From positions 1 through 54,274 of IMG/VR virus record IMGVR_UViG_3300050162_000156: DNA of 54,274 nucleotides; one strand, 5' to 3'. This document shows, piece by piece, positions 17,913 to 28,000 of this stretch. Under the pieces are notes generated by a model. The model saw only the letters and a list, made by a program, of their open reading frames with translations, had not been told where the DNA came from and made no database searches. Made by a program: the position numbers and the translations under genes. The DNA comes from a virus (lineage: Duplodnaviria > Caudoviricetes). Numbering within the stretch: the stretch's first letter is position 1; the number at the start of each line of letters is the position of its first letter.

Positions 17913-18435
17913 TTTAGGAATGCCCGGTTTCACAGAGAAAGAAGTGGTAGATGGGTTGCGGGTAAATCCATCTACCAATCTGACCGATATTGGTTTAATC
18001 GACTCGCAATACAACGAAAAGATTCGTAAAAATTATGTTCAAGAAAGTATTGAATTTGCAAATATTTTCGAGGATAATATAGATATAGATTCGGTTGAGT
18101 TCCATACAGCGATTCAAAATTTTTGGTACATGCCAACGGAATATTATCAGTTTGATATTGTTGCATTTTTGCAATCGTTATGTGAAACAGAGCAGCAATT
18201 AACTAGAGTAAACCTTGAGTTGGATTTATATGCAAAGTTCAATTTGCTGAACCTATTAAGGTACATGGTGTACCTGAAAATCACTGCCGATGAACATAAG
18301 ATTGTATGGGGTGTCGGGCGCGGTAGCTCCTGTTGCTCGTATGTGCTTTATTTGCTCAAAATCCATAGAGTAAATAGTCTAGAGTATGATCTAGACATAC
18401 ATGACTTTTTAAGGGAGAAAACCAATGGCTCGTAA
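17887..18435 (+). CDS. DNA polymerase III alpha (DnaE)-like fragment lacking the catalytic aspartates
   Basis: RVNLELDL, IVWGVGRGSSCCSYVLYLLKIHRVNSLEYDL..FLR matches the DnaE GRGS region; start may be 17899. Confidence 0.85.
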   Translation: MITRMILNNLGMPGFTEKEVVDGLRVNPSTNLTDIGLIDSQYNEKIRKNYVQESIEFANIFEDNIDIDSVEFHTAIQNFWYMPTEYYQFDIVAFLQSLCETEQQLTRVNLELDLYAKFNLLNLLRYMVYLKITADEHKIVWGVGRGSSCCSYVLYLLKIHRVNSLEYDLDIHDFLREKTNGS

Positions 18436-18703
18436 AATCATCACATCGGCCCGAGGCAAGAAATTAGATTTTGACACAATAAAGGCGGCTGCAACCCATG
18501 CGCGGCCTATCACAAATAAAGTATCTTCTACCCAAACCCCCCATAAGACACCAGCAACACCGATTGATATTGTGGTTCCAAGATCACCGAAGCTAAATGC
18601 CGAGAGTCCTGCACCACGACCAGTTACACCAGAACAATCAGATGAAGCAGTAGAAGAAATTGATATTTTTTCCAGTAAGGAAAAACCGAGGAGAACGAAA
18701 TAA
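18425..18703 (+). CDS. Basic, disordered hypothetical protein
   Basis: SARGKKLDFD N-terminus; AGGGAG RBS. Confidence 0.75.
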   Translation: MARKIITSARGKKLDFDTIKAAATHARPITNKVSSTQTPHKTPATPIDIVVPRSPKLNAESPAPRPVTPEQSDEAVEEIDIFSSKEKPRRTK

Positions 18704-19083
18704 TGTCAGAGCAAGTTCCGTTGCCAAAAATTGTTGAGTTGCAACCCGGAATGAAAATTGAACCATTGCCTTCCGATGTGTTAGTTGTCGATATGTATTT
18801 CGGTGACTATCAATCTCAGGGAGGTATTATCCTAATGTCCGATGATGGTGTTGATCGCGGTATTAAACCACGTTGGGCGAAGGTCTGGGCTGTCGGGGAA
18901 AAGGTTCAAGATTTAAAACCCGGGATGTGGATTTTGATTGAGCATGGTAGATGGTCGCGTGGTATAGAAATTGAGGATGAGAATGCCAGTGAACCATACA
19001 CTATTAGAAAGGTGGACACAAAGGCCATCATGATGACTTCAGAAAACCAACCATCAGAAGGAAGACTTAATGGAAGTAACTAA
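18703..19083 (+). CDS. GroES-like co-chaperonin
   Basis: IEPLPSDVLV, SQGGIIL mobile loop, AKVWAVG, LKPGMWIL. Confidence 0.85.
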   Translation: MSEQVPLPKIVELQPGMKIEPLPSDVLVVDMYFGDYQSQGGIILMSDDGVDRGIKPRWAKVWAVGEKVQDLKPGMWILIEHGRWSRGIEIEDENASEPYTIRKVDTKAIMMTSENQPSEGRLNGSN

Positions 19084-19999
19084 GAATAATTTATGGGTCG
19101 AGGCATTTCGTCCAGCTACTTATGACGGATATGTATTCAAGGATGACAAGGTAAGAAATCAGGTTGAAACATTCGTTCACACTAAATCAATTCCCCACCT
19201 ATTGATCCATGGACCATGCGGAACCGGAAAGTCCACACTGGCACAGATCATCATCAACATGATTGGGGTTGAGAAAGCAGACGTTCTAAAGCTGAATGCC
19301 AGCAAAGAGAACTCGGTTGATACTCTACGTACCCGAATCTCTAACTTCGCCGCCACGATGCCCTACGGTGCGTTTAAAGTGGTATGGTTGGAAGAGGCTG
19401 ACCATCTTAGTACAGCATTTCAGGCAGCACTGAGAGGCGTACTAGAAGACAACTCAGGATCATGTCGATTTATCATGACGTGCAATTATCCATCAAGGAT
19501 TCTTCCGGCCATTCATAGTCGCTGCCAAGAAATCGTTCTGGATTCCCTGCCGATGGAGGATTTCATCGTGCGAATTGCAGAAATCCTCGTCTCAAATACT
19601 GTCGAGTTTGAAGTCGATGTGTTGGATTCTTATGTGAAGGCATATTACCCAGATATGCGTAAGACCATCAACGCGGTGCAGCTAAACACGAGGGAAGGCA
19701 AGCTATTGCCTGTCACTGATACAACTTCGACTAGTGATTATAAACTGGCCGCAGTATCACTTTTCAAGGACAAGAAATTTCGTGAAGCTAGAACCCTGAT
19801 TAGTTCACAACTTCGACCAGAAGAGGCCGATGATTTCTTTAGGTTTCTGTACAACAACCTATCGTTGTTTGGAACAACAGAAGAACAGAAGGACGCGGCC
19901 ATTCTCATCATTCGCAAGGGAGTAGTTCAGATTCCTCTGGTAGCAGATGTTGAAATTCTAGTCTCAGCAGTGATAACCGAGTTAATGCAAATCGAATAG
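19070..19999 (+). CDS. Sliding-clamp loader AAA+ ATPase (T4 gp44/RFC small subunit-like)
   Basis: LWVEAFRP, GPCGTGKST, LNAS, EEADHL, CNY, HSRC, PDMRK. Confidence 0.95.
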   Translation: MEVTKNNLWVEAFRPATYDGYVFKDDKVRNQVETFVHTKSIPHLLIHGPCGTGKSTLAQIIINMIGVEKADVLKLNASKENSVDTLRTRISNFAATMPYGAFKVVWLEEADHLSTAFQAALRGVLEDNSGSCRFIMTCNYPSRILPAIHSRCQEIVLDSLPMEDFIVRIAEILVSNTVEFEVDVLDSYVKAYYPDMRKTINAVQLNTREGKLLPVTDTTSTSDYKLAAVSLFKDKKFREARTLISSQLRPEEADDFFRFLYNNLSLFGTTEEQKDAAILIIRKGVVQIPLVADVEILVSAVITELMQIE

Positions 20000-20008
20000 G
20001 AGATAAAA

Positions 20009-20218
20009 ATGTATCTGTGCGTCACCACCGTTCAAAACGGAAAAGAAATTGAAGAAATTCCTATGATGTACGCCAAACTTCCAAAAGCGAAAGTTATGGC
20101 GGAAGCAAGTATCATTGTGAATCTCGAAACTGAAGAGGTAGTCAAATGCCGCCACGCCAGCATCCCCGACAAAACGTATACCGAAATCATCAAGTGGTTT
20201 CAAAACCTGACAGTGTAG
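20009..20218 (+). CDS. Hypothetical protein
   Basis: AGGAG RBS; in operon. Confidence 0.7.
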   Translation: MYLCVTTVQNGKEIEEIPMMYAKLPKAKVMAEASIIVNLETEEVVKCRHASIPDKTYTEIIKWFQNLTV

Positions 20219-20673
20219 CCTTCAATAAAATAGTAATTCACAACACTACATTACAATTATTCATTAAATTAGCGGACAAAAGTTTTCCGAAAGAGTGGGG
20301 AGTGGCCCTATTCGGGAACATAAAACAGAACGTCATATACATATATGCAACACAAGATTTGGATATTTATAAGAGCACTCCATGCACGTTAGCATACGGT
20401 ATATTAGAGCAAGACGATATTATCCCCTATACCTATCTAGGAATATTACATAGCCATCCAAGAGGAGGTTATGACTTGAGCGAAGCAGATAAAATGATCC
20501 TGCTGAACTCAATTCAGAATTCCACTTATACATTAGATACAGACGAAGTTATATTAGAACGGGATCACATCATGGGCGTGTTGGCTATATTTAAAAACAA
20601 ATCTACATTACAATGGAAATGCGCTTTTTACGACACCGAGTATCATGAGATTCCATTATTTATTTCACAATGA
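20146..20673 (+). CDS. JAB/MPN+ (JAMM) metalloprotease; true start uncertain (possibly GTG 20194)
   Basis: FPKEWGVALFG catalytic Glu; HSHPRGGYDLSEAD fits HxH-x7-S-x2-D. Confidence 0.8.
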   Translation: MPPRQHPRQNVYRNHQVVSKPDSVAFNKIVIHNTTLQLFIKLADKSFPKEWGVALFGNIKQNVIYIYATQDLDIYKSTPCTLAYGILEQDDIIPYTYLGILHSHPRGGYDLSEADKMILLNSIQNSTYTLDTDEVILERDHIMGVLAIFKNKSTLQWKCAFYDTEYHEIPLFISQ

Positions 20674-20706
20674 AAAGAGGGGCCAATATTGGCCCCTCTT
20701 TTCATT
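20669..20706. terminator. Bidirectional terminator, 38-bp perfect palindrome
   Basis: AATGAAAAGAGGGGCCAATATTGGCCCCTCTTTTCATT between convergent genes. Confidence 0.85.
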
Positions 20707-20710
20707 TGGT

Positions 20711-21469
20711 TCAAAGTTTGTCTTTGTACAGCTTGAGAATGTAACTTACCAATGGACTTCTAACCGAGTCTCCCTCGGCAAATTCTGTGATGCCCACTAA
20801 CGGATTCGGATTTCTACTGAGTCGTTTCATTAAATCTTCAAGGCCGCAGTCCGCAGAGAACCTACGATCACGTTGTTCAAGATCGCCTGAAATGATGAAC
20901 TTTGCGTTTTCTCCTGCGCGGCTCATGAGAGCCATACATTCATTTACAGTGGAGTTCTGCAATTCATCAGCAATTACTGCGCACGGATAAGCAAAGTTTC
21001 TACCACGCAGAAAGTTCAATGGTTCGATTGCAATCACTCCATTCTCAATCATCAGTAGAATGTCTTTCTTGCTGTACCATAGCTCCAAAAATTCCAACAA
21101 ATTCTTGTAATAGATTTCTAGTTTTTCGTACAAATCTCCGGGCAGTGCTCCAATCTGCACGTTATCAATAGTAGCAAGGGGTTTTGTTAGAATGATTTTT
21201 GAGATTTTCTTGGCTTCTAACTGTTGCACCGCCCAAGCGACTCCCATGTAAGTTTTACCGCAACCCGCTTCACCAATCGCGCATACCAAACGAATATCTT
21301 CGTCGTTCAGGTGCTCTAACATCTGTTCTTGGCGTGGGTTTTTGGGAATGATAGTCACTGTTTGCTTGAGTTGGCCACGATGACCAAAACTCTTTGGAAC
21401 CGCATTCGATGAAGTGATTGGAAGAGGGCGAGTGGAGGGGCTGTCTGGTTTCTTTGTTTTTCTAGGCAT
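20711..21469 (-). CDS. phoH: PhoH-family ATPase
   Basis: PKNPRQ, GEAGCGKT, IGALPGDL, FLRGRNF, DELQN, GDLEQRD, VRSPLV. Confidence 0.95.
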   Translation of the reverse strand: MPRKTKKPDSPSTRPLPITSSNAVPKSFGHRGQLKQTVTIIPKNPRQEQMLEHLNDEDIRLVCAIGEAGCGKTYMGVAWAVQQLEAKKISKIILTKPLATIDNVQIGALPGDLYEKLEIYYKNLLEFLELWYSKKDILLMIENGVIAIEPLNFLRGRNFAYPCAVIADELQNSTVNECMALMSRAGENAKFIISGDLEQRDRRFSADCGLEDLMKRLSRNPNPLVGITEFAEGDSVRSPLVSYILKLYKDKL

Positions 21470-21578
21470 ACTGCACAATTCTCCTTGATCTACTGCTGCC
21501 TTTCACCAATATTTAGCTGGCGGCATGGACTGATATTTTCGGCTGTTGACAGCAGCATAAATACACTAGAGGTTTACA

Positions 21579-22184
21579 ATGATTGATAACTCACCCATCC
21601 TAATAAAAGGGCACGTAACCATAGTTGACGAGCAGACCGGAGAAATTCTGGTCGATAAAGATAATGCAGTTCACTATGAAAATTTTTCGACCGCAATTGT
21701 ACAGAGTTTGATCAATGGTCCGGTAAACAACCAGAGTAGTGCAGGATTCATCTATAGCATGAATTTTGGTAATGGTGGCACATCGGTTGACGCAAGCGGA
21801 ATCATTACTTACAATCCGCCAAACACTTCTGGACTTACTGCGCAGCTATACAATCAGACCTATAAAAAGGTGGTCAATGATTCGTTCTCAACCAACTTGG
21901 ACACCGCCAATAATTACTTTCAGTACAGCCATATTACAGGAAAAAGCTACACCGATATTATTTGTCGTTGCCGCTTGGACTACACTGAGCCTAGCGATCA
22001 ACAGAGTTTCGACAATAGCAATGACTATAATACCAATTACGCCTTCGATGAATTAGGATTGTTCAGTTACTCTGGCCTATTACTAACACATGTTTGTTTT
22101 GCGCCTATTATTAAGTCTCTCAATCGCACCATGAAGGTCACATACACGTTGCGTGTATCAACACTATCGTCGCTGAATATCTAA
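21579..22184 (+). CDS. Virion (baseplate/tail) structural protein
   Basis: GHVTIVD..TGEILVDKDNAVHYEN, FDELGL, LLTHV..KSLNR; late motif and GAGG RBS. Confidence 0.75.
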   Translation: MIDNSPILIKGHVTIVDEQTGEILVDKDNAVHYENFSTAIVQSLINGPVNNQSSAGFIYSMNFGNGGTSVDASGIITYNPPNTSGLTAQLYNQTYKKVVNDSFSTNLDTANNYFQYSHITGKSYTDIICRCRLDYTEPSDQQSFDNSNDYNTNYAFDELGLFSYSGLLLTHVCFAPIIKSLNRTMKVTYTLRVSTLSSLNI

Positions 22185-22192
22185 GAGGTCAA

Positions 22193-23719
22193 ATGTCATA
22201 TACAATTAAACAAACAAATGGAAACGTGCTAACCACCATTCCCGACACACAATTAGTTAAGACCTTTGCTGGCCTGACGTTGTTTGGTGCGAATTATCCA
22301 TCTGTCGGCACTGTGCTGAATACTGATCTTGTTAGAATCGTGGAAAATTTTGCATCGAGTGTTTCGCCTACAAATCCACTGGTGGGACAGTTCTGGTATG
22401 ATACCACTGAAAACAAAGTAAAGTATTGGAATGGAACATCATTCAAACAAGTATCTGTTCTAACTACTGACTCAACCGCTCCATCCGATGCGCAGGAAGG
22501 CGATCAGTGGTTCGATACGAACACTAACCAATTGTATATCTATCATGACTACACTTGGATTCTGATTGGACCAGACACCGGAAACGTTGCATCAACAGAA
22601 GGCTGGATAACCGAAATCTTCACTAATAGTACCGCCAACATTTATTATGAAGAACTATTACTGAATGGCAACGTTGGAATCATTGCATCGACCCAAAACA
22701 TTGATACAACTTATAATCCCATTACTGGATTTTCCAACATTCGCGCCGGTTTGAATTTTGTCACTTCGCCAGTTTCGGGTGAGGCTGAGGGCGGAGTGTA
22801 CAATGCAACCGAACTTACTCTCGGAAACGGTGATCAATTTGCACTAACCACAGATGCAGACGGCAACGGTGACATTTATTCGTTCGGAAATATTACCCAA
22901 ATCAACACTATGGGAAATACTACAGCCAATGCGTATGCCTATCAACAATTCATCAACGGAAATATTACCGGGCTGGTGTACATGAACGAGTTGATGGCAA
23001 GAAATATCAACGTTGCGAATAACATGTCAGTTACCGGAAATATTACCATCACGGGAAACATTTCAGTTCCGGGGTCCGATCATCAAGTTCTGTATAATAA
23101 CAACGGAAATTTAGGTGCAACGGGCGCAATAAGTGTGTTTGCGAATAGCATGACTCAACTCAACGGCACTATTAGCGCATTGGGTGACACCTTCATCAAC
23201 GCAAACTTGAACATCACTGGTATGGCAACATTCAACGCGAATACTGCTAATTCATTTAGTATGCCGAAGGCAAGCCGGGGAACATCGGGTCAGGCTTTGG
23301 TTTCTAATGGGGATGGCACAACATCATGGGGATTGGGAAATGTTCCGACTATTTCTGCGGCGACATACAACTACTATACCAGACCGCCATATTTGGTGAA
23401 CGATCCCGAAAGTTATTCTGCCCCTCTAGGAAGCAGTTCAATTTTCCAGAACACGTCGAACTTGCGTATGTTAGTTACAGTCAGTGCAGATGGTGGCGGT
23501 GGAGGTTTTCATGGAGTTGTTTACTGCGATGCCAACCAAGCACCGACCACTGCTGTTGCCAAGTTCTGCCGAGTAAATGCAGGATCATCAAACCCAAATT
23601 GGTATCCGGGTTCCGTAACATTCATGGTTCCTCCGGGTTACTACTATAGCGTGTCTTGTACTAACAGCGGCGGAGTTATATCATCTGCGATGTATGTATG
23701 GACAGAATGGATATTTTAA
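22193..23719 (+). CDS. Baseplate/short tail-fibre-like protein
   Basis: MSYTIKQTNG, LVRIVENFA, PLVGQFWYDT, GDQWFDT repeats; fibre motif GQALVSNGDGTTSW; C-terminal tip domain. Confidence 0.75.
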   Translation: MSYTIKQTNGNVLTTIPDTQLVKTFAGLTLFGANYPSVGTVLNTDLVRIVENFASSVSPTNPLVGQFWYDTTENKVKYWNGTSFKQVSVLTTDSTAPSDAQEGDQWFDTNTNQLYIYHDYTWILIGPDTGNVASTEGWITEIFTNSTANIYYEELLLNGNVGIIASTQNIDTTYNPITGFSNIRAGLNFVTSPVSGEAEGGVYNATELTLGNGDQFALTTDADGNGDIYSFGNITQINTMGNTTANAYAYQQFINGNITGLVYMNELMARNINVANNMSVTGNITITGNISVPGSDHQVLYNNNGNLGATGAISVFANSMTQLNGTISALGDTFINANLNITGMATFNANTANSFSMPKASRGTSGQALVSNGDGTTSWGLGNVPTISAATYNYYTRPPYLVNDPESYSAPLGSSSIFQNTSNLRMLVTVSADGGGGGFHGVVYCDANQAPTTAVAKFCRVNAGSSNPNWYPGSVTFMVPPGYYYSVSCTNSGGVISSAMYVWTEWIF

Positions 23720-23741
23720 AAGGGGCCGATCGGCCCCTTTT
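23718..23741. terminator. Bidirectional terminator, 24-bp perfect palindrome
   Basis: AAAAGGGGCCGATCGGCCCCTTTT between convergent genes. Confidence 0.85.
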
Positions 23742-25045
23742 CATTTCACTATAACTGATCCTGCGCTAAGAAGAACAGTTGAAATAGTGGATGCGGCATT
23801 TTGAAAACTCACGCCAGAATTAGCGGTAGTCCAAAGCTGCCCACCAACATCCGCATTTGTTAACGATGAAAGTAATGTGCTATTACCCGTACACATAACT
23901 TGCTCTCCAACTTCATGCACAGTTGGAACTCCCGTTCCATTTACTCCCCTCATCAAACCGGATAAAGTATTAGTCGTGGTATCATTTGTCAAATAACTGA
24001 TTAGTTCCCCATTGATAAAAGCGTACCCTCTATCTGGTGAGGCAGGTACATCAAAATGTGCGGTAGATTGAAGCGCAATGCTTTGGGCATTTGCGTAAAC
24101 ATTTCCGGTCAATACCGATACCGTGTTCGCACCAATCAAATTATAAGTGGTTGGACCAGTCAAGGTAACAACAATATTTCCCGAAACATTGCCTGTCGAG
24201 AAGGACAGTTTTCTATTTGATACTGACCATTGATTAGACGCGATAGGAACACCGTCGATGGTGACGGCTGCTGAACTATCTAGAAGACTATCCCACGGAA
24301 CTGTATAGGTGGTATTACCATTGCCAGTAATACTTAGTGTGTTTATGCCATTTGTTAGGGCGTATGGTTTGAATACATTGAACCCAAGAATGGGTGTACT
24401 GGTATTACTCGCCCCAATTGCTATCTGAGAAACTTGAATCTGCAACGAGTCACTTATCTCAAGAGGAACCAATTCCTCGGGATCAAAATGATTTGAAAAA
24501 TCCCCGCCATCAATCACTGTATCTTGTGGCTTGCTTCCGAGCGTGGTATCGAGAAAATTACTCTTTATCTCAGGCACATCATAGAAGGCAGAGACGTTCT
24601 TGGCAATTCCTTTGGTGATTTTAAAATCACCAATTTCGCCGATGAAAGGATAGCTGTTAGAGAAGTCTACACCAATCGTAATTTGTCCTGCTGTTCCCTC
24701 ATCAACAATACTAAATGTTGAAGTAGTTTTCCCTTGAAGAACCCCATCCAAAAACAAATAGGTACAATTCGCTTGACGTTCGATGCTGACAAAGTGGCGG
24801 ACATTTGCTGTCACTGCTTCCGTCCCACTAATATCTAGATTCCCATTATTGCCTAGACCAGTAACACGCAACATGCCATTGTCAATTGCGTTGTAAAAGT
24901 GTGTTCCATTGCTATCAGAAATATCGAATATGGTTTGAGACATAAAGCCAATATCAATCGGCTTTATGAATACTTCAACCGTGAAATCTGAATACGCAAG
25001 CGCATAATCTTCATTTGCTAAACTTCGGATAAACCCATTACTCAT
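23741..25045 (-). CDS. Structural protein with N-terminal LamG/concanavalin-like domain
   Basis: DFTVEVF...YLFLDG...FIGEIGDFKITKGIA; PEELVP; INGELISY..LMRGVNGT. Confidence 0.75.
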   Translation of the reverse strand: MSNGFIRSLANEDYALAYSDFTVEVFIKPIDIGFMSQTIFDISDSNGTHFYNAIDNGMLRVTGLGNNGNLDISGTEAVTANVRHFVSIERQANCTYLFLDGVLQGKTTSTFSIVDEGTAGQITIGVDFSNSYPFIGEIGDFKITKGIAKNVSAFYDVPEIKSNFLDTTLGSKPQDTVIDGGDFSNHFDPEELVPLEISDSLQIQVSQIAIGASNTSTPILGFNVFKPYALTNGINTLSITGNGNTTYTVPWDSLLDSSAAVTIDGVPIASNQWSVSNRKLSFSTGNVSGNIVVTLTGPTTYNLIGANTVSVLTGNVYANAQSIALQSTAHFDVPASPDRGYAFINGELISYLTNDTTTNTLSGLMRGVNGTGVPTVHEVGEQVMCTGNSTLLSSLTNADVGGQLWTTANSGVSFQNAASTISTVLLSAGSVIVK

Positions 25046-28000
25046 TGACTTTCACCACCATTATATTGTCTTCTGACGTGCCATCAATTGTCACGTTGTG
25101 TAGGATAAGTTGCTTCTGATCCCACGATTGATCAGTAACATATTTAGTTGAATTGACGCTGTTGAACGACAAGGTAGAACCAACTTCGTTGTTCATAGTC
25201 TCGAAACCAAACAGGACCGCAGTGAAATCATAATAGGAGTCGGCCTCTTTAGTACGGGGGAAGGGAGCCGATGGCAATACCGGAGTTGTCTTTGCATATC
25301 GATTGAACTCTTTGGTGATACGCAATTCATCCATATACCCACTCATAATGTTGTTTCCCGACACATCTGCTCCTATGGTGAGAGCACTATCTGTCATGCT
25401 GTACAACGGCGACATATCACCAACTTTTTCACCATTCAAATACATCACGACATTTGAAGTATTTCCTGCAACTACAATATAATTCCAAGAGTTCGCAGTC
25501 ACCGCAATGTTCGATGTGATTGATCCCTGTGAACAAGAAGCAACAATATTTCCATTTTGATTTGATACCACAAGACCGTTGTCACTGTTGATAGATGATC
25601 GAGTGTCGAGCATGACGGCATTCGCCAACGAATTCAGTCTGAACAAAAACTCTACTGTGAAAGCCCCTGAACCAACACTAATATCAGATTCGATATTTGA
25701 AGCAGTAATATATGAAGAGTTAAAGCACCCTGCGGTATTACTGAATCGTGCATGTTCATGATCAAATATTGTGTCGGTGATCACTGATGGTCGCCAAGAG
25801 ATATTCAGAATCACATTCGCTACATTCGCCTCCTCTATATTGAAGATCGAAGATGAAGGTGGAATGTAAGACGGCGCAAGGTCCAAACCAGTTGTAGTAA
25901 TATTCGAGGATGATGAATATAGGTTGCCACGAGAATTCAACGAAGGTGAATAAAATACCAGTCTATTCATGGCGGTACTTTCTGACACTTCTTCATCGGT
26001 GGCAGTTGTCCACATACTGCTATTTGCAATTAACGCATTTGCATTCGTTGCTTTTAGGAATGATCCATTCACATAGACAATGCTATTTGCAGGATACTTA
26101 CAGGTTGTGTTTCCGTATTCGATAGCCGAACTCACTCTATCAAATCTCAACTCAGTGTCGATTGCGCGAATGAGATCATTGCTTAATTCAGGGCGCACTG
26201 TCGCATCGACACTTGCATTAGCATCGATGATGACAACTGACGGCGTAGTGATGAACGAACCGCCATCGTGGATTACAAAATCATTGATTCCATAACTGAG
26301 GTCGAAAGTTGCACCTGCTCCATTACCAGTGTAATTTGTGGTTGGTATTCCCGAATGAATCGAAATAGTTGTGAATGCTATGTTAGCAGGTTGAAGAGTG
26401 AATGAGTTTATTCCACCGTTCGCGAACGTACTATTGACCAAAATATTTCCAATGTATCCATTCAGAGCAACAATATCATCGGCAGCATAATGTGCTCCAG
26501 TTTGGTTAACACTCGCGCTGACCAACTTCAAACTATTGACTGCAATGTTTGCGCCAGCAGCAAATACATTTGCACTGGTATCTAGGTAGCCCGATCCGCT
26601 ATTAGTCAGTGTCAGTGCCGAGATTGAATACGCATGATTATTATTCCATGCCGAAAACATCGGATTGGTTGATAACGTATTTGCATCGGTTAATTGTGAA
26701 CCATCTACTGAACGAACAAACGAAATTGAATTCGCGACAGCAGTGTATGGAATGGAAACCGAACCATTCAAATAGAATGGAATAGATTCTCCATTGATAA
26801 TTGCATACCGTGTGTTGAACGGAATACCATTGAAGGTAGGCCCGACAACATACGGATATTGATCCGTCATAAAGTATGCGTATGTTCCGTTTGGATATTC
26901 AGGCGTGACGCATTGAATTCCGTTATGCACGTCCAATGTTCCTGATCCATCCACAAATTGATAGTCGTCAATATATCGTCCGGTTGCTTGTACAGCTACA
27001 CCAAGTTGAACGCCGTTTGCAACCCCAGTTGGTTCCAAACGAGTGATATTTTTTAGTTGATAACTTGAAGTATGTTTTACAACGGCATTTCCTGAATAAC
27101 CATACGCACCGTAAATTGGATTGCCATCAATCGCAAATCCAAGTAACGGACTATGTGTTGTTGCATTGCCTGTATCCAAGGTAGATGGACTTCCAATGTA
27201 TCGTGCAGTATCATCAACAATTATCAGCGCATGAACATTCGCTCCATAACCATCGTTCATAACATGGGTTTCTACCTGTGCCAAGTTGGATGAATTATAC
27301 ACGGATAGGCTGTTACCCGAATTAGGCGAAAAGAACGGCACACCATCAATCGCAACACCCAAGGGAAGTGCATCGATGTTCTGATAAACGCCATCAACCA
27401 CGGTAGCTACTTGTGAGCCATTCTTGGTATAGAACGATTCAAATTTGATGTTGGATGTGTTGTCTGCGGTAGGTATAGCAAACTTCCACGACACACTATC
27501 GGCCATAGTGTTTCCGCCGACAGGCAATCCATCACTGGTCACATACAAGGCCGAGTCGGTTTGGTATACGCCACACTTTTCCAAGAACGGGGTGTTTGGT
27601 TTTGGATTGTTTGTGGTCGCCAAAATCATGTTGTAGTAATTCGTATCAAATTGAGAAGGCAAATCAAAATCTTGAACACTGATGTTCGCCACATCCGTAC
27701 CGGAGAACGTGTTGTTGAACTCTCTGATGCGAGTATGGAATGGGGTTGTTTCGTCGATGAAGTTTTGAATCATGGTTTGATTGTCAGGTTCAAAAGTTCC
27801 ACGCACACTCAAATCTCGATTGTTGTAATCAACCGAAACAAAGCTGGTCTTGAATAGCCAATCCAAATTTTTATTTTCATACATGATGTATTTGACCAGC
27901 GCAAAGAACGCATCATCGGCAGCTTGCGCGAGTTGTTTACTGGAGGTCAAAATCTTTTCATTTAGAATATGGGTAATCTTTCTGATTTCAAGATAAGGAA

